Made by a program: the position numbers and the translations under genes
Notes under the pieces: model-generated
What the model was told of the DNA's origin: nothing
Databases searched by the model: none
What the model saw: only the letters and a program-made list of their open reading frames with translations
NCBI GenBank assembly: GCA_009859145.1
Contig: VRVR01000003.1
Span: forward strand, 443,315-507,314
DNA length: 64,000 nucleotides
Direction of reading: 5' to 3'
From: Andalucia godoyi And28
Taxonomy: Eukaryota; Protista; Jakobida
Shown: positions 1-11,900 of the stretch, one piece after another
How positions within the stretch are numbered: position 1 is the stretch's first letter
Layout of the letters: the number at the start of each line of letters is the position of its first letter

Positions 1-885
1 CATCGTCGAATGGCAGCTGTCCTCGAGAATCTGGTAGATATTGATGTTGTTGAACATGGCCATCGCCTGGTTGGTCCACACATCGCAGTCGTCATTGGAC
101 GCGTATCCATCGAACGCATCGGACTGTACCTTGCGCAGCGGTCCAATCACGGAAAAGTTGCAAAACTTCATCATGTTATCGTGAATCTGCTCCGAGATGA
201 TCGCATTGTAAAACCACATGTCCACCGCACCGGCATTGTCATAGTGAGCATCCGTCCATGGATTTCCAGCCAAGAACCCCTTCAGGTTGATCTGTTGGTC
301 TGCGCCGACTTTTGCGTTCTGATCCAAAATTTCCCGTGCAAGCTGCGGAACATAGTGCCCTGCATAGGATTCGCCACTTGCGAAAAACCGATTCTGGCGA
401 TACTGCGGAAACATGATGAAGAACTGCTCGAGAAACGCCCACGTGTCGTACGCGGTTTGCGCATCGCCGATTACATATTCCGAAGTATTAGTGCTGTAGG
501 AGAATCCCACGCCAACAGGGCTTTCGATAAAGATCACGTTTGCCACGCGGTTCCACGAGTACGGGTTAACTTGGAGCGTCTTCCCCCCGTCCGTGGGCCA
601 AAAAGGACCTTGTTCTGTCAGGAAAGCACCAATTGATGAGCATCCAGGGCCGCCAGAAGTCCACGAAACCACTGGATCCGTCGCAGGATCGTTCTGAGAC
701 TCTACAAACCAATAAAACGTGTTCTTTGTAGCAGAAATCGGAACATGTCCAGCATACATCTTGAACGACGGCATCTGAGAAAGACCCGGAAGCGAAGTAA
801 TCAAATGATCACGTGGATCCGGCGCTCCGTGTCCAACACTCAAAACACTCGCGATCAGCACCGCGAAAAGCACCGCACGCATCAT
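1..885 (-). CDS. Serine carboxypeptidase, family S10 (secreted/lysosomal); 3' end runs off the window
   Basis: Not in the ORF track; translated by hand from ATG at 885: signal peptide MMRAVLFAVLIASVLSVGHG, then WTSGGPGCSS, NPYSWNRVANVIFIESPVGVGFSYS, catalytic GESYAGHYVP, and INLKGFLAGNPW. Confidence 0.95.
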   Translation of the reverse strand, partial: MMRAVLFAVLIASVLSVGHGAPDPRDHLITSLPGLSQMPSFKMYAGHVPISATKNTFYWFVESQNDPATDPVVSWTSGGPGCSSIGAFLTEQGPFWPTDGGKTLQVNPYSWNRVANVIFIESPVGVGFSYSTNTSEYVIGDAQTAYDTWAFLEQFFIMFPQYRQNRFFASGESYAGHYVPQLAREILDQNAKVGADQQINLKGFLAGNPWTDAHYDNAGAVDMWFYNAIISEQIHDNMMKFCNFSVIGPLRKVQSDAFDGYASNDDCDVWTNQAMAMFNNINIYQILEDSCHSTM

Positions 886-1295
886 CTTTCTCCGTTTTCT
901 TTCTTTCTTTTTCAGCTTAACAAAAAATAAAAAATTCAGAGAAGAAGAATTTTAAATTTAAAAGAAAAACCAGTAAAACATGGAAGAAGAAACTCTGCAT
1001 ATCAAGAAGAAATATGAAATCAGCCCGAGTCTTTTGAGGGGGAAAAAGGGTAAGAGAGAAACGAGGAAAACCCCAGCTGGATTTGGGGAACAGCAATGCA
1101 TCAATTGATCCTGTAATGCTTCCGAGCTTTCCAGTCTCAAGCCCAAAGTCTCAAGTCACAACCGTCTCTCATTTTTTCCGTTCTCTTTAGCAAACTGAAG
1201 GGTTTTTGGATTTTGAATCTCCCTTTTTCTTTTTGATTTATTATTTCCTGATCTGTTTTTGATTTTGGTTTGTTTGGAGAAGGGGAGTAATTGAG

Positions 1296-2072
1296 ATGAA
1301 TACTGAGTCGCGTGTTGGTGCTCCGACTCGTGAGACGGTTCTATGCTTGTTTGATGTGGATGGGACGCTTTCGCTTCCTCGAAAGCTTGCGACGGCCGAG
1401 ATGCTTTCGCTGTTGGCTGATTTGCGCAAGATAGCGACGACTGCGGTTGTTGGCGGCTCTGATTTTGAAAAGCAGAAAGAGCAGCTTGGAGAGCATATTC
1501 TGTCGAACTTTGACTATGTGTTTTCGGAAAATGGACTACGTGCATTCAAGGACGGCAAGGAGTTTCATCGACAGTCGATCAAGCATTATTTGGGAAACGA
1601 GCGGATTGTGCAGTTTGTGAATTACTGCCTTCGGTACATCGCGGACTTGGACATTCCTGTGAAGAGAGGGACGTTTATCGAGTTTAGAAACGGAATGATC
1701 AATGTGTCTCCCATTGGCCGAAACTGCTCGCAGGACGAGCGAGACGAGTATGAAAAGATGGACTTGGCTCGTGGCATTCGGAAGCGCTTTGTCGAGGATC
1801 TTCGGCAGAAGTTCCCTGAGTTTGGGCTTCGGTACTCCATCGGTGGACAGATCTCATTCGACGTGTTCCCCGAGGGCTGGGATAAGACGTACTGTTTGCA
1901 GCATGTCCAGGAGTGCGCGTTCAAGGAAGTACACTTTTTCGGTGACAAGACCATGCCTGGCGGTAACGACTATGAGATTTACACACACCCAGCCACCATC
2001 GGACACGCTGTCACCTCTCCAGACGATACCATCAAGCTGCTCAAAGAACTCTTTCTTGGAAACAAGATTTGA
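1296..2072 (+). CDS. PMM: Phosphomannomutase (eukaryotic HAD-type, PMM2/Sec53)
   Basis: [11 protein letters not shown] motif [63 protein letters not shown]. Confidence 0.97.
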   Translation: MNTESRVGAPTRETVLCLFDVDGTLSLPRKLATAEMLSLLADLRKIATTAVVGGSDFEKQKEQLGEHILSNFDYVFSENGLRAFKDGKEFHRQSIKHYLGNERIVQFVNYCLRYIADLDIPVKRGTFIEFRNGMINVSPIGRNCSQDERDEYEKMDLARGIRKRFVEDLRQKFPEFGLRYSIGGQISFDVFPEGWDKTYCLQHVQECAFKEVHFFGDKTMPGGNDYEIYTHPATIGHAVTSPDDTIKLLKELFLGNKI

Positions 2073-2832
2073 CAGACCTGGCATCTCTCTCTCTCTCTCT
2101 CTCCGTTAAGTAAAAGCACAAGGGAAGAAAGAGCATGTGTTCTCGGGGTTTTCTTAATACACAATACTTTACTGCGTTGCGGTGTTGGAATCATGGGGAT
2201 GGCGAGAAATGCTATCGGATTTGGGGAATAATGCAAACGTGTCTTTCATCTTTTGGCTCAAAGAATGGTCTGAACAGCAAATAAAAACAAACAACCACCA
2301 GCAACAGAAAACGATGACGATGATAAGAGAGACTGGTAGGAGAAAACCATTGGAAGTTCGTCGTGGGGTGACGACAAGGAAAAAAAGAAGAAGGAGGCGA
2401 CAGCATACGCTTTTCACAGTGGTCAAGCTGCAGAATGGGATACTTGCCTTGCGATATCTCGGACTTGTACTTCAGAACGAGGTCAAATGCGGGAGGCGGC
2501 GAACTCATTGGGAGAGAGAAAAAAGAACACCAAGATGCAAGGCTCTGTGCGGTGCACGCTCTGTCTTTTTTTACGTTTCATTCCGAGAGAGGATGGAGGT
2601 TGCTGTGAGCTTGTGACGACGAATCGTGTGGTCCTGCAGTAAGACGTGATTGGTACGAAAGTTGAGACGTGCTGACTCGCTGACATCCCAAACTCGTACT
2701 TGTATCCAGGTATTATGAATAGGATGCGAGAACAAACACTCATTTGATGAACATAGCGGGTTCCTGTACAGATGCTGAAGAGATACAAAATTAGAGACGG
2801 GGGAATAAGAACACCCCCAAATCGTGTGATCA

Positions 2833-5037
2833 TTAAACGGGAACGGAAAGAAGCGAGAATGCAAGGGTGAAACCGCTGGCATTCTGAATTGGCGTGATGG
2901 TAATGGTGTGTGTTGCATGTGGCATCCCGTCTACGCGGTGGATACGAACTCCAGACACGTTAAACTCGGTGGGATTCTTCGCAACCACAGAGTGGTAAAG
3001 AAGTTGAGCGACCTTTGGGATGGATTCGGGAGTGAAGCAATCGAGAAGCCCAAACAATGGTAACGTCCCTCGTTGACAAATCGTTATGCTGTGCATCGGC
3101 TCATTGATACCGCGCAACAATCCGTCTGCCATGACCACTATACCGGGGTACTTGTACGTGTGCAGAAACGCCAATGAAGCGTCCAAACGAAGCTTAAACA
3201 CCCGGTCCTCCGTGTTGCTTGTCAATACGTTCATCTGCGTAGCCGTCACCTCCGCCGAGGTTGACGACGACGATGACGCAACAGAATCACCAGTATGGTG
3301 GCGGTGCCCAACTCGATTCGCCCAGTACAGAATCTGGCGGCTGCGAGACAATGTCACTGCACATACTGCTTGGATTGCTTCTTTGGAGAAGCATCGGGCG
3401 TACATGAGCAAGCTGTGGAAAAGCGGCGAATGCTGCATGAGGAAATGCACGTCCATCTGGGATTCTTGTACCATTTTCTCAAGAAGCTTGTCACACTCGG
3501 GTGTGCCGAGTCCTTGCGGAGCATCTACTCCGTTGCCGTTCTGAGATTCACTCTTGCTGCTGTCGGCTGCCTTTTCGGAAGATTCTGTGTCGAGATCGGA
3601 GTGGTTCGACAAGAACGGGTTGACTGCATCCTTGAGCATGAACTCCATGGAGACTGTCGAAGAACCGTTCACGGTGCTGAACGACGACTGCACAGAAGGC
3701 GCCATGGTAATGCAGTTGAAAGCCAGATTGCTGAAACTGGACGATGCTTCGCAGTTTGCATACATCAGATATGCATGAATACTCTCCTCGAGCCGCCGGC
3801 CTTCCGAGGACAGAGTACCGGCCTTCCGAGATGAAGCTTCTGCCTCCTGCTTAAGTTTCCACTGACTCATCTCTTCAACATCATCGTTTCGTGCACTGAC
3901 GCCATCGCCATCATTGCTCACAACATTGGTATTTTCCTCTTCGAGTTCTTCTTCACGTTCATCACACGAAGTCCGTTCGTCGTCCGAAGAATGCACACGA
4001 CCGTCGCCTCGCCCAGAAAGACGGGATTTCTTTTCGTTGCTCGGCCCTACATCTTTCGAGAACACAGCACTGCGCATCGACCGTTTTCTGCGAGGAACAA
4101 AGGTGCATTGGTCGGGACATCCTCGCGCCGTGCATCGCACACACGGAATCGATCCGGAGCACTTACGCTTGAGCATCCGACACAAGACACACGCTTTTAC
4201 AAGCTTTTCTGCGTCGCCGTGCGTACTCGATCCTGGCATCCACATAGCACAATCGTTTTCGCGATTATTACTATCACTGCTGATACCACTGCTACAAAAG
4301 CTGCCCTCCGTTCCCGGGCCGAATCTACTTGAGCCCTGCATGTGATCTCTCACGACCGGGAGAGAGTCGTTGCCGTAGAAATGCAGTTCCCCACGGTGTA
4401 CCCCTTCCACCGCAGGAGCAGGAACACGCGCCGGCGACCGTTTCTGAACTCCAGACGGTCTGTTCTTCTCGTCTTCCGCTGTTGAAGCGCTGGACTTCTT
4501 CTTTTCCTTGGCATTGGAAGACGATGTTGCCGCAGAGGATTTTGCACTTCTGGGAAGGAAGAGCCCAGTGGGCCCACGCTTCTGTCCTCGAATTTCCAGA
4601 ATGTTCTTTCTTGTAGTCGCGTTTCCTGACGACGGCAAACTGGGGTCCAGTCCATGTTGCGAATCAACCTGTTTTGAACGAGAAATTGCAGTCTCCTTTG
4701 CAGCATTCAGCCTTGGAGAAGTCGGTAGCGAAGAGTTGTTTTTGCTGGAAGCGTAATCAGCACGGAAAACATCAGATGCAATGCTCGCCAATGACGCCGT
4801 GTACGTTGCAAGCGCATCTCGCAGCGGATCACCATTGTTGAATAACATGCCCACGTCTTCATGCTGCTGCTGCTGCTGCTGTTGTTGTTGGTGGTGGTGG
4901 TGGTGGTCTGGTGCTGGGTGTGGGTGATGATGTCGTAGCTGAGGAAGCAGAGGGTTGTAAAGTACAGATAACTGAGAATCAAATTCTTGCTGCGGAAATG
5001 GAAACTGCTGCGAATGGCTACTATTGCTAGGATGCAT
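2833..5037 (-). CDS. Zn(II)2Cys6 binuclear-cluster transcription factor with a C-terminal PAS-like region
   Basis: CVLCRMLKRKCSGSIPCVRCTARGCPDQC (C-x2-C-x6-C-x5-C-x2-C-x8-C) at ~4106-4192; polyQ/H N-terminus; PAS-like pattern in the last ~110 aa. Confidence 0.85.
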   Translation of the reverse strand: MHPSNSSHSQQFPFPQQEFDSQLSVLYNPLLPQLRHHHPHPAPDHHHHHQQQQQQQQQHEDVGMLFNNGDPLRDALATYTASLASIASDVFRADYASSKNNSSLPTSPRLNAAKETAISRSKQVDSQHGLDPSLPSSGNATTRKNILEIRGQKRGPTGLFLPRSAKSSAATSSSNAKEKKKSSASTAEDEKNRPSGVQKRSPARVPAPAVEGVHRGELHFYGNDSLPVVRDHMQGSSRFGPGTEGSFCSSGISSDSNNRENDCAMWMPGSSTHGDAEKLVKACVLCRMLKRKCSGSIPCVRCTARGCPDQCTFVPRRKRSMRSAVFSKDVGPSNEKKSRLSGRGDGRVHSSDDERTSCDEREEELEEENTNVVSNDGDGVSARNDDVEEMSQWKLKQEAEASSRKAGTLSSEGRRLEESIHAYLMYANCEASSSFSNLAFNCITMAPSVQSSFSTVNGSSTVSMEFMLKDAVNPFLSNHSDLDTESSEKAADSSKSESQNGNGVDAPQGLGTPECDKLLEKMVQESQMDVHFLMQHSPLFHSLLMYARCFSKEAIQAVCAVTLSRSRQILYWANRVGHRHHTGDSVASSSSSTSAEVTATQMNVLTSNTEDRVFKLRLDASLAFLHTYKYPGIVVMADGLLRGINEPMHSITICQRGTLPLFGLLDCFTPESIPKVAQLLYHSVVAKNPTEFNVSGVRIHRVDGMPHATHTITITPIQNASGFTLAFSLLSVPV

Positions 5038-5573
5038 GTTGCTTGACGAAATCTCGAATGAAAGAACACGGAGACCAATAGAAAGAAAGGAAGAGGAGGT
5101 GGAGAAAGCTTCTTATTATTGGAAGAGTATGTCCGCCGAACGTTCAGACTTCAACTCTCTTTGGGAGATCTGTGAAAGCAGCTTGGAAGCCTTCCTACAC
5201 GATTTTTCTGCAGTGCAAGTCACCAGCGAAGGTATCCTCGGCAGCCTGCCTGCGCTCCGTGTTTGGAAATGTGGCTGGATTTGCGGAGCGGTGACTCAGC
5301 ATGCGTTGATCGAACAGGTACCCTGTCAAATTGCCGGATTTGAATGTATCGCATCAGTGTTCCACTTGGTCTGCTCCGATTGCCTGCGTTGTCATCTTGC
5401 AGTCTTTCGAATTTGGAAGTTTCTCCCCGATCTTCTGTTTGGTCCTGCTGGGCCGTTCTTCGACTTCCATCAACCACTTTCCCCCGAACCTCGTGCGGCC
5501 CCTGTCAGCATGTCACTCTTTGCGTCTTTGCTAACCTGCCTTGTCTTTTTTTTTTTTTGTTTGGCGGACACCA

Positions 5574-5735
5574 CCGCTGCGACTTATTGCGATATGATGA
5601 AGCAACCTGAAGCGCACGTAAAACAGAACCACTTTGCCACGCGCCATGCGCATGCGTTTGTTATCTTAACAGCTCCGTCACACGATGCCCGATTCGTTTC
5701 GCCCCATTACTGTGGTTAGTGTACAGTGTAGGCGT
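5574..5735. repeat. Dispersed repeat, copy 1 (homologous to 41402-41658)
   Basis: Manual alignment to copy 2 gives blocks of 47/50, 67/71 and 20/24 identical nt, same orientation. Confidence 0.9.
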
Positions 5736-5808
5736 CCAGCACTTGAGCTCACAAGACATTTTGTTGTGACAGCAGGACGGCAATCGGACAGATTGGAAGA
5801 ACAGTGGC

Positions 5809-5810
<2 letters not shown>

Positions 5811-5850
<40 letters not shown>
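5811..5850. repeat. (TG)n microsatellite
   Basis: Pure TG dinucleotide run. Confidence 0.95.
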
Positions 5851-5855
<5 letters not shown>

Positions 5856-5921
5856 ATTGCGAAAGGGAAATGTTAAAATAATAATAATAATAATACATAT
5901 ATATAAAAAAGGCCGTGTTAA

Positions 5922-8900
5922 TCATGTAGCGGGAACACCTTTCGATCGCCCGTTGGCATTGGTGCAGAATGAAAGGTTGGATATCTTCAATGAACAGTCG
6001 CGTTGGCTGGAGAGCAGCCTCTTCTTGAGCAATGCATGCTTTCGGAGTTCTGCAAGCTGTGGATTGCGCAGCAATGTGAGAGCGAGAAACCACTTATTTC
6101 GCGCGAGCTGCGAGCGACCTTGTGGGTTGAGAGTGAACGGAAGCCTCTGTGCTCCGATGAGCTCGCGACATGCTCGCTTGCATTCAAGTATCACCTTCCT
6201 GATATCAGCAGAAGTTTCAGAAGCTTCGCGTTCTAGAAGCTCCAAATCGAACCACGTTTGCGGATCCGCAGATGTGATTTCCAAGTGTTGAAGGATGGGA
6301 GACGAAAAGGACTGGTCCGCTTCGGCGTCGTTCATTCCGTCCCAAGAGATTTTCTCGTCCATGTCCTTCACGGAAAGGATCGTGGATTTGGGAATTTCCT
6401 TAGTAGAGTCGATGAATGGGACACAGAATATGTAGCAGAATGCAATAAACACAGGATTGTTGTTGAACAACATGTCAACGCGGAACATGGAGCAGTACGC
6501 AGAAAAGCCCTGGTTGACGAAAGCACGGCTCGCATCCCCTCGTGCAATGTCCAACCGCATGGTCAAGAACACCAAGTTCGCAACATCCAAGGCGAACTGC
6601 TTCAATGCTGCCAGAAATCCAGCAACAAGACCCAGAACCGTCAGCGCCAGGTCGTAAGGGCCGAACCACCGACGACGCACTATGTCCCCATCTTTGGCAA
6701 TGAATCTCGATACGTACGCAAGGAACAGTGCAAACAGGAGGGTTCCCAGAATGTACGCAATAACCGCGGCAACCAAGAACGTCAAAATCTTCGTTCGCGT
6801 ATAGTCCCACAAAAGCAGGAAAACCACCAGAAACACGAGAAAAGACATGAACACGAACGCGACCACGGTGGATCCCAGTTGCAGACCCATGTACTGTCCA
6901 GCGCGAAGGATCGACGCTCGTTCCAGTGAAGACACGAACACCTTGCCGATGCGAGCATCGAAAACGCGCCTCTTGTACAGCAACATGATGCAAATTAATG
7001 CGATGCACACATACAACCAAGCAATGACGATTCCAAGTCCGATTGACACTGTCATATTCCGGAGCAGATCGTTGAAAAAGCTCTTAAAATCGGACGAGCT
7101 GGCAAACAGCGAGCTTAGAATTGAAATCGTAAGGTTCTCCTGCGAGGAATCCTTGACAATCGAACCAACACCCTGCGATCGGAGATTCCGATACTGTCCA
7201 AAGGCAAGATTGGCGGCGTAGAACTTTTCCAGAAAATACGAGAATGCAACGGTCAGCAGGTATCGGATCCACAGCAAGATGATCACCGCCGCAAATGTGG
7301 CCACGGTCAGAAACAGAAATGCCAAACAAACAGTCATGACAAGCCGTGTAGGGTAGAAGAAATCGGCGCTTGTTTCCAAATAGGAATGATTTTCCGGAAG
7401 GGATTTCACGGAGTACCACAGCTGGCGTCCGGAGATCTTGAGTCCCTTTTGAGGAACGCGACGACAGAACAACCCCAGTTTCGAGTACAAAGGAAGCTTC
7501 CTCTCGCGCAGAAAGTGCTGGAGTTTCAAGTCTCGGAAATCTCTCTCCGGTGGAGGCGACTCTTCTTCAAACAGCGCTACATTGCCGCTAGCAGCGAGAA
7601 CAAGTGGCAGCTCAACGTCATCCTTCTTGGATTGTTCAGGATGCGACTTCCTGGGCGTCGCAATCATGATTTCGGAGTATGAGAGCAAATCTGCATACGT
7701 CGACAACATCTCATCGATGGGAAGCTCAGAATTTGCAAGACGCACACGAGTAGATCCAAGAAACAACTTGCGGACATATAAACGCACCATGCTTCGCTTT
7801 TGCTGATCAAAACTCATAAGAGGACTGTTCTTGTCGTGGATGATCCTGATAAGCAGCAGCACAATCAGGAGAAGAACAATCACGAGAACGGACGACCCAA
7901 ACGCAAGAGCCGCTAAAGTCATGGCAAAGTACGACGTCTGCTCATAGTCCTGGGACGGCACGAACAAAATGTCATGGAACAGCGCAAGACTTTCCACGAT
8001 GATCAGTAAAATAAAGGAGACCAAGCCTCCAAGAACCACTGGCCATCTGGCGGATGTTCGGATGGAAAACAGTGCCGGAAGGATGCACAGTGCCGCACCC
8101 GCAATGAAGAAGCGATAACTACCCAACTGATCAACGGAAACAGAGGCAATGTTATTGATGGTGATTGTAACAGGATTCGAATCCACCCCTTTCACACGCG
8201 CAATGATATCATAGCGTCCGTTAGAACCCCCAGAAAAGTACAACGACGATACGGCCACGGAGCCGTCCGCACCGGTCGGTAAGGCGCCGGAGACCATTCC
8301 GCTGGCAGACAATGTTGGCGAAACCAGACAAATATTCGTAAACTCCGTGCAGCTCGTGCGACGCACAACAAACGAAACAGACTGGTACGCGACCGGTACA
8401 CCGTTGGAGTCGAGTCCCACCACGTACACTCCAAGAGAGTTGTGTCCGGGAACCAGCGCGGTGAACGAACTGAGCGAAAGCGTCACTTTCGACACCGGAT
8501 TCCGTAAAACAAACGGTGGAGATGTTCCAATAAGATAACTGTCCACAAATACCCCAAAAACATAGACTCCGGTCATACCCGCAGTAATCTGAAGACTGTT
8601 AAAGTATGCTACTCCAAAGGACTCTGGCATGGGAACGGTCGCAGACGGCTTCCATGGAGGTAGTGCGGTAAAGTTTGAGGACGAATCTTCAGGAATGACG
8701 GCATTTCCGGTATCTGTGAGGCTCCGAAAGTCCACAGAATATGCACGGAGAGTGCTGTTTGGAGACGGGACTGATGTACCGGTCAAGAACAGCTTCAAAG
8801 AGACGCGCCTCAAGGGTACAGGAAGCTTTTGCGCGGAAAAAACTTGAATGCTCAACGGAAACAGGTCTCCGACCGACACTGCCGTAAAAGGATCGAATCC

Positions 8901-11900
8901 TTGAAGGAAACTAAACGACTGAACGTCATGGAAAACATCTACATAAAACGACACAGTGGACACGTTAAAAACCGTATGCTGAACGGAGTATCGCATTGGA
9001 GCGGCATTGTCAAATCGCAAAGACAGAGTGCACATCTGGATATCTCCGGCAACAACAAACGGCACAAAACAGAGCTTTTCAAAAGAGGAGGCGACATGAG
9101 CTGGGGAGGAGGAAGGATTCGTAACAACCGTGTCAATGTACAACAGCATGTCTTGGTTGAGAGTCACGCGAGGGCGAATGCAGACATTGACTGCGTTTTT
9201 GAGCAGGTACCCTTGCACGGTCGACAAAATAAGCTCTCCATTGCGCAGGGCGGTGTAATTTTTTCCATTCGCATACGAACAAAGGAAGATATCTGCCCAT
9301 AAATGAGGAGAGAATGGTTTGTTCCACGCAGCAACCGATGGAATCGGTCCCACAAAGCTCGTTGCCATCGTGTATGATAATGATGCAGGGACATAAGCAG
9401 CATGGAAGGAGCACGTGTTGCCCACACAAGGCACATTGTACCCAAAAAAGATGGGTGAGGAAGAGCTGGAGAATGTCATCGGAATGATGTTGAAGGCCGG
9501 GACGGGTGACAATACTTTGAGAAAGGTAGGGCGTTGAACAACCACATTGTTCTGCGTAACAGAAACATTCCAGGAGATTTTCTGTCCAACTAACAACCCA
9601 CTCGGATCTATGGGAACACCGAAAACGTCTGCAGGTGCAGACGTCATGGTAACCTCTGTCGAAAACGTAGGAGAGCAATCAAAATGGTACGAAGACAGTG
9701 CTCCGCCGGAAGACGAGACAGCGAGATAGTACGCTCCGGGGTAGTTGCCGCAGAAAAATGGGCCAAGCTCGACAAGCCCAGATGCGTTGGTCACCCCTTG
9801 AATGGTAGGGTAGAGAAGATTCGAATCGAGACACACAAGAGGGTTTTGCAAGGTCGTACCCGGAATGAAAGAATTCGTAAACAGACCGTAGCTACATGAC
9901 GACTGCGCAGCGATAGACGGTGGACTGAACACCTGCAGAGACACCAATACCCCGCTTCTGGGAGGAAAAATCTGGTAGACAGCGGAAATGGACTCTCCCG
10001 GAGGCGACATGGAGTTCGGAACAACGGTGATAGACGACACGGAGGGGGTCAGTCTGACATAGCGAGGCATTGCAGGAATGAAACGGTATGCGGGAGAAAC
10101 AGAATATGACACGTACAGATCGATGTTCTTCAGATCCGAATCTTGGTATGCATACTTTGAAGTAAGAACGGGAGTCACAAACATTGGAAACTTGGCTGCC
10201 GCCGGGGAAGTCTGGAACCATTCTGGCACAAAAGCAGGAGAACTCAATGGTCCGACAATCGGCGGCTGGACAGTCACCAATCCCTGCAAAGAAGAATAAA
10301 ACGACGACGACCCCGTTGGCCCATAGCCAGGCATCCAAAACACCGCAGACTGACCCGCAAAAGACGTCTGGACCAGAAACGGGAGCGTCGCATTGAAATA
10401 CTCTGGGATTCCTTGGCTGGCGACATCAAATGGATTTGCACACTGATCCAGGAAAAATACAGAAAAATCTCCTCCAGAACGTTCTCCAAGAACAAACTCG
10501 TCCGGCCACTGCGACAACACCGGACCTACGAACGATGGAACCCGGCCTTCTGCCGGATACGTAGAAGGATCGCACAGGGACACGTCCTGCGAAAAGTACC
10601 CCGCATTCCGAAGGTCATTTTCAAAGGTAAGGTCGAAGTCAATGAATGTACAATCAACAGCGGCATAAGAATACCCATCAACTTCCATCCACGACGCCCC
10701 GCCGTCGACGGATGCCAACAGCTCATAAAGAGCTCCTCGAATGGCCGCATGGATGAACAGGACGTAGTCGCCAGGCGATGAACCGGACGGATACGCAGTG
10801 AGAACAGCATCCGACGTGTTCCCTCCCCAGACGGATGGAGCGGGAAAGTACGTAACAAGTCGAAACATTGCGTTCTTGGAAGAGACAATCATGTCATTTG
10901 AATCCAGAAACACCACGGAGATGGCGTTGCGGACATCAAAGTGCCGCAGACAAACCTCGATCGTATTATTATTATACTGCGCCATGCTGCGGTCAGTGAG
11001 CAAGATCGCTGCAGTAACTCGCGACCAAACGTTGATTCCTACAGTATTCGAGGACGCGACGCCTTCACAACTGGCCTTCACAACGAAATTGAAAGCATCT
11101 CCGGCCGTGTCAAACGACGAACTTGCAAAGTCTGCAACACCATTCACATCCGTTTGCGCATAAATATTCTGCAGCTGACGTCCATTATAAACTGCAGGAT
11201 TGTAGAACGTCTGATCATACTGAATGGCGGCCCCGTCAATCTCTGCAATCGAGATGAAACAGTACCGGCCCGCAGACGGCGGACTGATCTGGACCTTGAG
11301 AAAATTGCTGCCAAATGCATCGCCTTCTTGCACCGCCCTCGATAGGGAGGGGTCGAGTATCGAAACCGACGAGATCGCAACCGTACCAGGAGCTGGACTC
11401 ATGAGAACTGGAACGTCGTCAAAGAGAGCACTGGCCTGTCCATGCGACAACACACCAATGTATTGCAGACTGTAGTCGAAGCCAAGTACGCGAAGATGCG
11501 GGCTAAGGTCGACACAGCCATCGGATCCCGTCTGGAGGATTGGAGCTTGGATCAACGACAGACGGCGCTGCTGCAATCCAGATCGCAGCAACTTTCCAAG
11601 ATCTTGAAAGGTGTAGAAGTCCTCGGGAGTTCCTTGAATGTTGATTTCAGAATTCAGGGCATCGTCGATGTTTCTTGCAAAAGGAGTTGGAGAATACGAG
11701 TACAGGTACATTGATGTTCCAGGCAGGTGGCGGTTTGCAGTGTCCCCGGCGCATGCATAAATAGAGTGATCGAACTGCTTTCCAACAGCAAGGGGAATCG
11801 AGGCAACAGAGTCGTTAATGGTGAGCGATGGGCCATAGGAGAACGAAATGTAGCAAGTTCTTCCGCTTAGATAGATCCTGAATGCTTCCACCACCACGCC

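Noticed and set aside
10-636. 208-aa plus-strand ORF
   Set aside because: Shadow of the S10 carboxypeptidase on the minus strand.
5593-5610. ATGATGA...CTGA as a box C/D snoRNA
   Set aside because: The boxes are only 6 nt apart, and CTGA is not conserved in the second repeat copy.
5024-5719. 231-aa plus-strand ORF and nearby short ORFs
   Set aside because: It runs through a poly-T tract and the non-coding repeat, with no motifs; likely promoter or UTR of the Zn2Cys6 gene.
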